A stretch of DNA of 64,000 nucleotides from Hemiscyllium ocellatum (Eukaryota). Position numbers and translations under genes: made by a program. Below, piece after piece: positions 1 through 11,757 of this stretch. The stretch spans positions 42,523,375 through 42,587,374 of the forward strand of contig NC_083430.1 in the NCBI RefSeq assembly GCF_020745735.1. The letters run 5' to 3'. The notes beneath the pieces are model-generated. The model searched no databases, was not told the DNA's origin, and worked only from the letters and a program-made list of their open reading frames with translations. Position 1 is the stretch's first letter. Each line of letters starts with the position of its first letter.

Positions 1-148
1 CCCCCCCCCCCCAGGCCTAGCTCCAGGCCTCAGGCTGCAGCCGCCCTTTCCTGAAGAAACAGGGAAGTCGCTGGGCGCTGTTCTGGAGGAATCGGTTCGG
101 TCCCGGTCCCTCCTGTTCCACTTTACCGGACGGTCCAGCCGCCTTTAC

Positions 149-238
149 CTCGGTCAGAAAGAGTTTGAAAGCCTCCTCTCCGCCGGTATCTCCCGCGGGG
201 GCCAGGCTGCCGGAGGCCGCTCCGCTCTGAGTCGCCAT
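149..238 (-). CDS. DNAJC8: DnaJ homolog subfamily C member 8, coding exon 1 (gene continues left of window)
   Basis: MATQSGAASGSLAPAGDTGGEEAFKLFLTE followed by GAG|GTAAAG donor. Resembles vertebrate DNAJC8 N-terminus (..EEAFxxFxxE|VK). CpG island; divergent to ATP5IF1 as in mammals. Confidence 0.85.
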
Positions 239-345
239 TTTGCCGCCGGCCGCCGGCCGTCCCCCGGTGAACCACGTGACCCGCGGCCCCGCCCTCCAGG
301 TGGCGCTGCTGAGCGCCGGTCCCCGCGGGATGATTGACAGCTGCC
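230..345 (-). promoter_or_regulatory. DNAJC8 CpG-island promoter
   Basis: YY1-like AAAATGGCG over the ATG, E-box CACGTG (~273), GC box, CTCF-like CCTCCAGGTGGCGCTG (~293-307), TGATTGACAG (331-340). Confidence 0.65.
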
Positions 346-441
346 CAGGCTGGGACTGCACTGACGCTGGATGGAGGCAGCAGCAGCAGCAACCTGTCCT
401 AACTGCCCACCTGCCTGCTCTGGGCTGGAATGGGCAAAACA

Positions 442-1500
442 GGGCTCCTTCTGGTCCAGGCTGTGAATAAAGGCAGCAGCAGCAGCAACCTGTCTGCCTG
501 CTCTGAGCTCCTCCTCGTCCAGGCTGTGAATAAAGGCAGCAGCAGCAGCAACCTGTCTGCCTGCTCTGAGCTCCTTCTGGTCCAGGCTGTGAATAAAGGC
601 AGCAGCAGCAGCAACCTGTCTGCCTGCTCTGAGCTCCTTCTGGTCCAGGCTGTGAATAAAGGCAGCAGCAGCAGTAGCAGCAACCTGTCTGCCTGCTCTG
701 AGCTCCTTCTGGTCCAGGCTGTGAATAAAGGCAGCAGCAGCAGCAACCTGTCTGCCTGCTCTGAGCTCCTTCTGGTCCAGGCTGTGAATAAAGGCAGCAG
801 CAGCAGCAACCTGTCTGCCTGCTCTGAGCTCCTTCTGGTCCAGGCTGTGAATAAAGGCAGCAGCAGCAGCAACCTGTCTGCCTGCTCTGAGCTCCTTCTG
901 GTCCAGGCTGTGAATAAAGGCAGCAGCAGCAGCAACCTGTCTGCCTGCTCTGAGCTCCTTCTGGTCCAGGCTGTGAATAAAGGCAGCAGCAGCAGCAACC
1001 TGTCTGCCTGCTCTGAGCTCCTTCTGGTCCAGGCTGTGAATAAAGGCAGCAGCAGCAGCAACCTGTCTGCCTGCTCTGAGCTCCTTCTGGTCCAGGCTGT
1101 GAATAAAGGCAGCAGCAGCAGCAACCTGTCTGCCTGCTCTGAGCTCCTCCTCGTCCAGGCTGTGAATAAAGGCAGCAGCAGCAGCAGCAGCAACCTGTCT
1201 GCCTGCTCTGAGCTCCTTCTGGTCCAGGCTGTGAATAAAGGCAGCAGCAGCAGCAGCAGCAACCTGTCTGCCTGCTCTGAGCTCCTGCTATTCCAGGCTG
1301 TGAATAAAGGCAGCGGCAGCAGCAACCTGTCTGCCTGCTCTGAGCTCCTTCTGGTCCAGGCTGTGAATAAAGGCAGCAGCAGCAGCAGCAACCTGTCTGC
1401 CTGCTCTGAGCTCCTGCTATTCCAGGCTGTGAATAAAGGCAGCAGCAGTCTGTCTGGCTCTGGACTGGACTGGGTCTGGACTATGAATAAATGCAACAGC
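442..1500. repeat. 63-bp minisatellite with variable (GCA)n tract, ~17 copies; degenerate copies resume at ~2205-2320
   Basis: Unit GAGCTCCTTCTGGTCCAGGCTGTGAATAAAG(GCA)nACCTGTCTGCCTGCTCT read directly. Confidence 0.95.
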
Positions 1501-1505
1501 AGTGG

Positions 1506-2200
1506 TGTGGGATGTAGGTGAAGCATTGTTACTTTTGCAATCATAATTACTTATCCAAGGTAAATGAACTCACACCAGTGTATAATTGTTTCAGCCAAGA
1601 GCTTAGAAAACAAGGAATGAAAACTATGTGAAGGAAATATATAATTGTTTTTGGATTAGCTAAAATGTGCATACAAAAATGAAATGTGCCTGCAAACAAT
1701 GGTAGATGTTGCAGACAAATAGATAAGGTTCTGTGAGGGAAGGGGGTGTAGGTTAAGCTAGATATGCCTGTACAAACAGTTATCATAAGCATCTGTTTCC
1801 CGCTTCTGCAAAAACAAAAACAAATCACATTTAAGAGGCTGTAAGGCTCAGTATGGATGAGGAATGGGAGGAAATGTTACAAGCAAGGGAAACAGATAGT
1901 AGTGAAGGAGAATATACCTAACAATGTGCCACAGCAGGATGTGGTGAAATGGCCAAGTAAAACTTGTACTTTGTTATGCACAAGGCCAGATAAGGCAAGA
2001 GATAAACAATAGTAATAGGTGCCAGGTTTAGAGTAGTGGGAGGAGGGAAAGAGAAGAGAATCCTATATAAGAAATATACTTGCTTAACTCTGCGTGTCTA
2101 ATTTAGGCACCACGCTCGCAAGCGTATAATAAACAATACTGTTGCTTCACATCTTGTCTCGGACTGATATTATTGAAGTGAGTGAGCTTCGTTTCTCTCA
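1506..2200 (+). mobile_element. Solo LTR (695 bp) inserted into the minisatellite edge
   Basis: TG...CA termini, 4-bp TSD GTGG (1502-1505 / 2201-2204), TATATAA 2064-2070, AATAAA 2128-2133. Confidence 0.8.
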
Positions 2201-2334
2201 GTGGTCTCTCTGCTCTGAACTGCTATTAATCCAGGCTGTGAATAATGGCAGCGGCAACCTGTCTCTCTGCCTGACCTGAGCTCCTATCCATCCAGGCAGT
2301 GGATGAAGCAACCGCAACTTGGTCTTAGACTCCC

Positions 2335-2476
2335 AGGCAGAAGTGGGTACTGCAGACACTGGAGATTAGAGTCAAGATTAGAGTGGTGCTGGAAAAGCAC
2401 AGCAGGTCAGGTAGCATCTGAGGAGCAGGAAAATCAACGTTTCAGGCAAAGGCCCTCCATCAGGAATCTTTCCTGA
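2335..2476 (-). mobile_element. Short Penelope-like 3' end (family A) with degenerate hammerhead
   Basis: Matches 3' end of the 3490-5727 element; flanking TGGTCTTAG duplication. Confidence 0.75.
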
Positions 2477-2497
2477 TGGTCTTAGCTCCTCTCCATT

Positions 2498-2610
2498 AGC
2501 TACCTGATAAAGGAGCAGATCTCTGAAAGCTTGTACTTCCAAATAAACCTATTGGACTATAAACTGGTGTTGTGATTTTTAACTTTGTCCATGCCAGTCC
2601 AACGGTGGCA
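2498..2610 (+). mobile_element. Short Penelope-like end (family C)
   Basis: CTGATAAAGGAGC..CTCTGAAAGCT; related to copies at 27524, ~48950 and 57922. Confidence 0.6.
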
Positions 2611-2664
2611 CTGACTGACTGAACAGGTGAGCCCAAGCCAAAATGCTGTACCATAATGATAAGG

Positions 2665-3305
2665 TGAAGATAGACCCAGTAGCCATATAGAAAATGGCGC
2701 TCGGTGTGTCGGTTAAAATGGTCAATGTTTGTGGGGGGTTGACTGTACTGACCGACATGCTGAGCGACACACAAACTGCTAACACAGCAACTTGTAAGGT
2801 TCCCTGAAATAAGCTGAATAAACAAGCCCGTTCCCACATGTCCGAGAATAGTATAGTACATAGCACCAGGTCAAGGGGCGGCTACCAGCAGGATGCTGGT
2901 GCCTAAATGCCTAACTTTAAAACAATGCTGATGTCTTAACTAAAGAAAATGCTAATAGTTTATCTTCAGAAAAATGCTAATGTCTTAACTTGAGGTGATG
3001 CTGGCGTCTGTATGTCTGACTTAGAGCATCCCTGATGTGTACTTTTACATTTAAGTATAACTTGATTAACGTACTTTGTGATAACCCCGTGACACGGGAA
3101 ACTGTCTGGCGTGAGAACTTCTGTATATAATGACAATGTTTCCAATCGAAAGCTGAGCAACTACTGACTAGCATCCGGCGTGGGCTAGCGTGGATCTGCT
3201 CCCAAGCTTGTTTGTATACGTGTATACTTGCAATCTTGAATAAAGACAGTACTGTTGACGCTATTAATCGAATGGTGGTTCTCTGTTCTCGGACAGGCGT
3301 TCACA
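2665..3305 (+). mobile_element. LTR-like element (boundaries approximate)
   Basis: CpG-rich segment with TATATAA (~3124), AATAAA (~3239), ending TTCACA; no clean TSD. Confidence 0.45.
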
Positions 3306-3489
3306 AGAAGCCAGCAAGCTCGGGCTGGGCTTCCACAATAGGTGGGAAATCGTCGACACCGTTGCGATTCTAAATGACCATTTCTGTAGTACTGTTTTTT
3401 CCAACAGCTGCAGCACTGAGACTTGGAACAAGAGGATCAGCTGGAGACACAGAAACGCATATGTGAAGTTGAGGACAACTTGCAGAGCT

Positions 3490-5727
3490 GAAGAATGTGT
3501 TGCTGGAAAAGCGCAGCAGGTCAGGCAGCATCCAAGGAGCAGGAGAATCGACGTTTTCGGCATAAGCCCTTCTTCAGGAATGAGGAGGGTGTGCCAAGCA
3601 GGCTAAGATAAAAGATAGGGAGGAGGGACGTTGGGAATGCGATAGGTGGAAGGAGGTTAAGGTGAGGGTAATAGGTGGGAGAGGGGGTAGGGGCGGAGAG
3701 GTCAGGAAGAAGATTGCAGGTCAAGAAGGCGGTGCTGAGCCTGAGGGTTGGGACTGAGATAAGGTGGGGGGAAGGGAGATGAGGAAGCTGGAGAAATCTG
3801 CATTCATCCCTTGTGGTTGGAGGGTTCCTAGGCGGAAGATGAGGAGCTCTTCCTCCAGGCGTCGTGTTGCCATGGTCTGGCGATGGAGGAGGCCAAGGAC
3901 CTGCATGTCCTTGGCGGAGTGGGAGGGGGGAGTTAAAGTGTTCGGCCACGGGGCGGTTGGGTTGGTTGGTGCGGGTGTCCCAGAGGTGTTCTCTGAAATG
4001 TTCCGCAAGTAGGCGGCCCGTCTCCCCAATGTAGAGGAGGCCACATCGGGTCCAGCGGATGCAGTAAAAGATGCGTGTGGAGGCTGCCCCACCAAACTCA
4101 TCTCTGCATACCTCGACATGGTCCTGTCCCCCTTAGTCCAAGATCTCCCCACCTACATTCGGGACACCACCCACGCCCTCCACCTCCTCCATGATTTTCG
4201 CTTCCCCGGCCCCCAACGCCTTATCTTCACCAGGGACATCCAGTCCCTGTATACCTCCATCTCCCATCACACAGGCCTCAAAGCCCTCCGCTTCTTCCTA
4301 CCCAACCAGTACCCTTCCACTGACACCCTCCTTCGACTGACTGAACTGGTCCTCACTCTGAACAACTTCTCTTTCCAATCCTCCCACTTCCTCCAAACCA
4401 AAGGAGTTGCCATGGGCACCCGCATGGGCCCCAGCTATGCCTGCCTCTTTGTCGGATATGTGGAACAGTCCATCTTCCGCAGCTAGACTGGCACCACGCC
4501 CCACATTTTCCTCCGCTACATCGATGACTGTATCGGTGCTACCTCGTGCTCCCACGAGGAGGTTGAACAGTTCACCCACTTTACTAACACCTTTCACCCC
4601 TAACACCTTTCTCAGACTCCTCCCTCCCCTTTTCTATCCTTTTCTATCCTAACCTCTCCATTTCTATCTCGGGCGACCGACTCAACATGAAGATTTACTA
4701 TAAACCGACCAACTCCCACAGCTACCTATATTACACCTCCTCACCCTGCCCCCTGTAAAAACGCCATCCCATATTCCCAATTCCTTTGCCTCCTCACATC
4801 TGCTCCCAGGAGGACAAATTCCAATACCGAACAACCCAGATGGCCTCCTTCTTCAAAGACCGCAATTTCCCCTCAGACGTGGTTGACGATGCCCTCCACC
4901 GCATCTCCTCCACTTCCCGCTCCTCTGCCCTTGAGCCCCGCCCCTCCAATCGCCACCAGGGCAGAACCCCACTGATCCTCACCTACCACCCCATCAACCT
5001 CCAGATACATGGTATCATCCTTCGTCATTTCCGCCACCTCCAAACAGACCCCACCACCAAGGATATATTTCTCTCCCCTCCCCTATCAGCGTTCCAGAAA
5101 GACCACTCCCACCGTGACTCCCTCGTCAGGTCTACACCCCCCACCAACCCAACCTCCACTCCTGGCACCTTCCCCTGCAACCGCAGGAAATGCAAAACTT
5201 GCCCACACCTCCCCCCTCACTTCCCTCCAAGGCCCCCTCCCACTCCGCCAAGGACATGCAGGTCCTTGGCCTCCTCCATTGCCAGACCATGGCAACACAA
5301 CGCCTGGAGGAAGAGCCCCTCATCTTCCGCCTAGGAACCCTCCAACCACAAGGTATGAATTCAGATTTCTCCAGCTTCCTCATTTCCCCTCCCCCCACCT
5401 TGTCTCAGTCGGTTTCCCTCAACTCAGCACCGCCCTCCTAACCTGCAATCTTCTTCCTGACCTCTCCGCCCCCACCCCACTCCGGCCTATCACCCTCACC
5501 TTAACCTCCTTCCACCTATCGCATTCCCAACGCCCCTCCCCCAAGTCCCTCCTCCCTACCTTTTATCTTAGCCTGCTTGGCACACCTTCCTCATTCCTGA
5601 AGAAGGGCTTATGCCTGAAACGTTGATTCTCCTGCTCCTTGGATGCTGCCTGACCTGCTGCGCTTTTCCAGCCACACATTTTTCAGCTCTGATCTCCAGC
5701 ATCTGCTGTCCTCACTTTCTCCTAGAT
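3490..5727 (+). mobile_element. Penelope-like retroelement (family A), degraded RT, with inverted 5' arm (3490-~4083)
   Basis: RT motifs DIQSLYTSI, QTKGVAMGTRMGPSYACLF, RYIDD; GIY-YIG core in the inverted arm; TSD AACTTGCAGAGCT 3477-3489 / 5728-5740. Confidence 0.92.
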
Positions 5728-5839
5728 AACTTGCAGAGCTTGGTTTCTGATGTGGTCACCCTGCAGACAAAGAAGCTGCAGGCAGATTAAAGGAGCCAGG
5801 CAGGCAGAAAAGTCAAAGAGAGCATCCCCACATTTCTGT

Positions 5840-7460
5840 GTTGGAAAACAATGACAGTGAAGGTTCCACTGGTGAAAGCGACAAGGGAAAATGTCATGGC
5901 ACTCTCAGTGGTTCAGCTGCTCAGCACAGAACAGCAAACGTCCAAGCATGTAGGAGTGTGGTGAGGTTGCAGACAGATGTTTCTGCAGACACAGATGTGA
6001 CTCCAGTGTGTGGCTTTCCTGGGGTCAGGGTCAGAAATGTCACTGTGTGGCTGCAAGGCATCTTAAAGGGGGAGGGTAATAAGTCAGAGGTCGTGGTACA
6101 AGCTGGTACAAATTATATGGATGGGATGAGGTCTTGCATCAAGAATTCGCAGACCTAGGCAGTAGATTAAAAGGCAGTACCTCTAAAGCTGTAATATCGG
6201 GATTATTCCCAGTGCATGTGCTAGCGAATTAGAGCTAGGAGCATAGGGCAGACTATTGAATAACTCAAGAGTTGATGCAAAAGGTGCGGTTTCAGATTCC
6301 TGGATCACAAAACTGTTTCTGGGATCAGTCCTGGAACCCCTATTGTTTGGGATATATATGAATGATAAGTGGGGTGTGGGGTGATAAGTAAGTTTGCAGA
6401 TGGCACAAAGATTGGACGGATGGTTGGAAGTGAGGAAGGAGGTCTTAGGTTACAGCAAGATATAATCGAGTTGGTCAGATGAGCAGTTCAGTGGCAGATG
6501 CTTGTGGGCAATGCATTTTGGAAGAAGTAACAAGAAAGGAGAGTACACAGTGAATGGCAAGATGGTAGAAAGCTCAGAGGAAGAGAGGGATCTTGGGGGT
6601 GCTTGTCCACAGACTCCTGAAGGCTGAAGGTGACAAAATATGTCAATAGGATTGTTAAGAAGGCAACCAGGATACTTGTTTTAATCAGTCATGGCATAGA
6701 TTATAACAGCAGGAGGATGTGTTGGAGTTGTACAATGTTTTGGTTAGGCCACAGCTGAAGTACGGTTAGATTAGATTTCCGACAGTGTGGAAACAACAAG
6801 TCCACACCCGACCCTCCGAAGAGTAAAACACACAGACTCATCTCCTTACATTTACCGCTGACTAATGCATCTAATACTATGGGCAATTTAGTATGGCCAA
6901 TTCATCTGGCCTGCACATCTTTTGGAATGTGGGAGGAAATCGGAGCACCCGGAGGAAGCCCACACAGACACAGGGAGAATGTACAAACTCCACACAGACC
7001 GTCGCCCATGGCCAGAATGGAACCCGCGTCCCTGACATTGTAAGGTAGCAGTGCTAACCACTGAGCCACCGTGCCGCCCTATAGTTCTGGTTGCCACATT
7101 ATAGGAAGGATGTGATTGGACTGGCAGCGGTACAAGTTTACCCTGGGGACGGATGGAAAGTAGTGTTCCCCGTAGTTGAAGGGTTAATAACAAAGGGCAT
7201 TATTTTAAGGAAAGAGCTAGGAGGCTTAGAGGGGATTTGAGGAAAAATGTTTTTACCCAAAGTGATGGGAATCTGGAAATGCACATCCTGGGAGGATAGT
7301 AGAGGCATCCTTTAAAACATGTATCAATGATCACTTGAAATGTCGTATCAATCAAGGCTATGGTCCAACTGCTGGAAAGTGGGATTCATGGAGATAGGTC
7401 TGTGTAGACTTAATGGGCTGAAGATCCTCATCTGTGTTTTGTGACTCTGTAAGCCCAGAC
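5840..7460 (+). mobile_element. Old CR1 LINE remnant (ORF1 esterase-like plus ORF2 pieces)
   Basis: CGFPGVRV..EVVVQAGTN resembles the CR1 ORF1 SGNH domain; downstream KFADGTK-like RT and CR1 3' end. Confidence 0.7.
6766..7078 (-). mobile_element. tRNA-derived HE1/V-SINE, near full length
   Basis: Minus strand GGCGGCACGGTGGCTCAGTGGTTAGC A-box head, V-SINE-like core, AATCT tail. Confidence 0.85.
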
Positions 7461-8579
7461 CACGCATCTCCCCTTATCCACTGCCAGGACTGAGAGGAGC
7501 CCTGGCTAGACTGCAGCTGGTGGTGAAACCTATATCCACTGCCACTTTGCAACACAGTTTATCAGTGCAAACTAAATTAAAACATACCATGTGAAACCTG
7601 AGCCTCTCAAATGTCTTGCCACTGCCACTCCATTCCCAGGCAACCACCCCAGTCTCCTGCACGGGTGGGAAGTGGTTTTCAAATCTCACTTTGTTGAGGA
7701 TGACTTACAAACATTGTCAATTCTCCGAGACACAATATCAGAAGATATTGGTCTACGACAGATTGCAGCAAAGAAACAATCGTGCATTGGGCAGCATGGA
7801 ATGACATGGATAACAGGATTCAAGATGTTGCTGGAAACTCACAGTTCCCAGCAACCCTTAGCACATTCTTAGAATCACGCTGGATTCCTGCGATCCTTTC
7901 TTAAATTCCTCTATAGAAAGCTGCTTTCTCCAGTTTCCAAAAATCCCTGATCGTGGAAAGGAAATGCTGCGAATCAATGAGTTCCTGAAACTGGATCAAT
8001 CCCAGAGACAATCCAAAGAATCTCATCCATAACTCCAGGCCCAGTGGAATTTAAGACGCTGTGACCTTGTCTTGAGATAAATTGTTTACAGTCTTTCACA
8101 TTGTGAGAACACGTGGGAAGTGAAAATATGCAAAGAAGTCAGATATAATTCAGATGGAAGTCATTTTCCTTATGCCCTAAAGAGGCTGATTCTCTGGGGA
8201 CTTATGATTTCAAGATTGCTGGTCACTCCAGCCCATAACTCATTAAACTGGCCATTTTTCCATGTGTGTCCTGACAGTGACTGTTACTTAACCACAGCAC
8301 ATACGAGACCAACCCATTCTCTACAGCAATTAAGATCCAGAATGTTGGGGAGCCTCCCTATCAATGGAAAATATTTTCACAAAAACGAATTTGATGAAAA
8401 ATCATTGCCTGGAAACGGTAAACTAGTTTCCCCTCCACTCGCCCATGGGTATGGATATAATAAGGCCTGGGACAAGGAGTACAAATGGTCCATTCATCAG
8501 GATCCAGGAGTGTAGAGGGACAATTGTGCTTGGCCTAGCGGTAAGACCGCTTAGTTTGGAATATGGTGTGGCCGCTGTG

Positions 8580-9600
8580 CTTGGGTCAGTGTGGGGGTCA
8601 CTGAGCTCGGGTCAGTGTGGAGGTCACTGAGCTCGGGTCAGTGTGGGGGTCACTGAGCTCAGGTAAGTGTGGAGTCACTGAGCTCGGGTCTGTGTGGGGT
8701 CACTGAGCTCGGGTCAATGTGTGGTCATTGAGCTCAGGTCAGTGTGGGGTCACTGATCTCAGGTAAGTGGGGGTCACTGAGCTCAGGTAAGTGTGGGGTC
8801 ACTGGGCTCAGGTAAGTGTGGGGTCCCTGAGCTCGGGTCAGTGTTGGGGTGTTAAACTCGGATCAGTGTGGGGTCACTGAGCTCGGGTCAGTGTGGGGGT
8901 GTTGAGCTCGGGTCAGTGTGGGGTCACTGAGCTTGGGTCAGTGGGGTCCCTGAGCTCAGATAAGTGTGGGGTCACTGAGGTCGGGTCAGTGTGGGGCTGT
9001 TGACCTCGGGTCAGTGTGGGGTCACTGAGCTCAGGTCAGTGTTAGGGTGTTGAGCTCGGGTCAGTGTGGGGTCACTGAGCTCAGGTCAGTGTTGGGGTGT
9101 TGAGCTCGGGTCAGTGTGGGGGTCACTGAGCTCGGGTCAGTGTGGGGTCACTGAGCTCGGGTCAGTATGGGGGTGTTGAGTTCGGGTCAGTGTGGGGTTA
9201 CTGAGCTCGGGTCAGTGTGGGGTCACTAAGCACGGGTCAGTGTGGGGTGTTGAGGTCGGGTCAGTGTGGGGTCACTGAGCTCGGGTCAGTATTGGGGTGT
9301 TGAGCTTGCGTCAGTGTGGGGGTGATGAGCTTGGGTCAGTGTGGGGGTCACTGAGCTCGGGTCAGTGTGGGGGTGTTGAGCTCGGGTCAGTGTGGGGTCA
9401 CTGAGCTCGGGTCAGTATGGGGGTGTTGAGTTCGGGTCAGTGTGGGGTCACTAAGCACGGGTCAGTGTGGGGCGTTGAGGTTGGGTCAGTGTGGGGGTCA
9501 CTGAGCTCGGGTCAGTGTGGGGTCACTGAGCTCGGGTCAGTGTGGGGGTGTCGAGCTCAGGTCAGTGTGGGGGTGTTGAGCTTGGGTCAGTGTGGGGGTC
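8580..9600. repeat. ~24-25 bp G-rich minisatellite (GGGTCAGTGTGGGGTCACTGAGCTC)
   Basis: ~40 tandem variant units read directly. Confidence 0.95.
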
Positions 9601-10954
9601 TGAGGGAGTGTATAATTTCAGTGACTGGGTCCCAGGCTGGGAGCAACCATAGTGCCCATGTCTTTCCTCCCTGCCTCTGGTCTAGAGTTGTTATAGTTTT
9701 CTACAAATGAAATCATGAAACTTTTTTTTACGCAATTTAAAAATTGATTTTAAAATGCTGACTATAATGTATTATTGTCCATTGCCCACTGTCCTTGACC
9801 ATAACAAGGGGTTGGTGATAGCCTCATGGTATTATCAGTCCACTATTAATCCAGAGACCCTGGGAATGTGCTGGAGACCTGGCTTTGAATCCCACTACAG
9901 CAGACAATAGGATTTGAAATCATTAAGAAAAAATCTGGATGACAATTGTTGATTGTCAGGAAAAACTCATCTGGCCCATTACTGCCATCCTTACCTGGCC
10001 TTCCTGAAGAAGGGTTATACCCAAAGGGTCAAAATCTCCATCTCCAGATGCTGCCTGACTTGCCGTGTTCTTCAGGCCTCCTGCCTGTCTATCCCTGCCT
10101 GGTCTGGCCTCCATGTGACTTCAGACCAACAATAAGGCAATTAGGGATAGGCAATAAATGCAGCGATGACCTCATCCTGTGAGTTTGGTGACTTATGTAT
10201 TCTCTTTAAACCTCTCTGGCTCATGTTGTGATGGCAATCACGCAATAATGTCAGAAAGGGAATGCTTGGTTATTGACCCAGCCACACCAAAGCAAAGGCG
10301 ATACACATCAACCCGAGGATCATGTCTGACTTGGAGATGATGGTGCTTCCAAACTTAAGCTGAACTGAAGAGTGCCTTTAATGCCTAATAGTTAAATTGT
10401 AAGACTCTGTCTCTGTCAAGTTGAATGCAGAAAAAAATTATCCAAAAAAAAAGCAGAGCATTTTCTCAGGGACACAATCAGCATTCCTCTTTCAACCAAT
10501 ACCCAAAACAAGTTTGACTTACCTCTTTTTTAACTGTTGTGAAACATTGTGTATAGATATTTACTGCAGTGTGATCACACTATAATTATTTAGATTCCCA
10601 TAAGGAATGAACATTGCAATAGTCTAAAGATTAACAGTTATTACTACATCCAAACTACACTTGAGAGCTGAGACTAACTACACGGGGCCATTAAGAAGAT
10701 CCTTCAGGAACACGAATGAATCCATTATGTAAAGCTGGTACTGTAATGTCACCCTGAGCTCCAATTCCAAATCACATGTGATGTTCAGTCATTTCCTACC
10801 TGACCATTAGATGGTGCTTCGTACAGTTGAGGAAAAAGAATAAATCAATACCCTTGCAAACACTTTCCTCTCAAACTGATCAACAGTAATTTTAGATGAT
10901 TTCACTTTAGATAATAATACTGGTTTCAAATTTGGTCAAGACACACATTTCAGT

Positions 10955-11107
10955 GTTAGGTGAATTGGCCATGCTAAATTGCCCTTAGTGTTAGGTGAAG
11001 GGGTAAATGTAGGGGAATGGGTCTGGGTGGGTTGCACTTCAGCAGGTCAGTGTGGACTTGTTGGGCCGAAGAGCCTGTTTCCACACTGTAAGTAATCTAA
11101 TCTAATC
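10955..11107 (+). mobile_element. HE1 SINE 3' fragment
   Basis: GGCCATGCTAAATTGCCC..(TAATC)n tail. Confidence 0.75.
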
Positions 11108-11509
11108 AAGATGTAGCAGGTACACAGTGCTTCAGTCACCATCCAGGAACCAAAACGTGATTCATAATTATATAATCATAGAATTTTACAGTACAGAAGA
11201 TGGCTATTCAGCCCAAAGTGCCTGTATTGGCTCCCAAAAGAGTTCCCCAGCCAGCCCCATTCTCCAGTCCTATTTCCATAGCACTGTACATTAATCACTA
11301 TCTAACTCTCCATTGAAACTTCCAATTGAATCCACCTGCACCACTCTCCCAGGAAGCATATTCGAAATCCTAACAATTCTCTCAGTAAAGACATTTCTCC
11401 TCATCTCACTCTAGCTCTCTTGCTGACAGTCTTGAAATTGTTATTCCTAGTTACTGACATACCAACTAGTGTAAGCATTATATACTTCTTTACCCTGTCA
11501 AAATTCGAC

Positions 11510-11757
11510 TGTCCGTGTGGAGTTTGCACATTCTCCACGTGTCTGTGTGGGTTTCCCCTGGCTGCCTCCCACAATCCAAAGGTGTGCAGATCAGATGAAT
11601 AGGCCATGCCAAATTGCCCATAGTGTTAGGTGCATTAGTCAGGGGTAAATATAGGGTCAGGGAATGGGTCTGTTTGGTTACTCTTTGGAGGGTCAGTGTG
11701 GTCTTGTTGGGCTGAAGGGCCTGTTTCCATACTGTAGGGGAATGTAATCTCATCTAA
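11510..11757 (+). mobile_element. HE1 SINE, 5' truncated
   Basis: Same core and tail as 6766-7078. Confidence 0.8.

Noticed and set aside
442-1500. CRISPR-like array
   Set aside because: No unique spacers, no cas genes, vertebrate context
399-1544. 381-aa and 363-aa repeat ORFs
   Set aside because: Products of a 63-bp minisatellite with triplet length variation; no gene structure
7010-7078. tRNA-like sequence on minus strand
   Set aside because: Head of an HE1 SINE, not a cloverleaf tRNA
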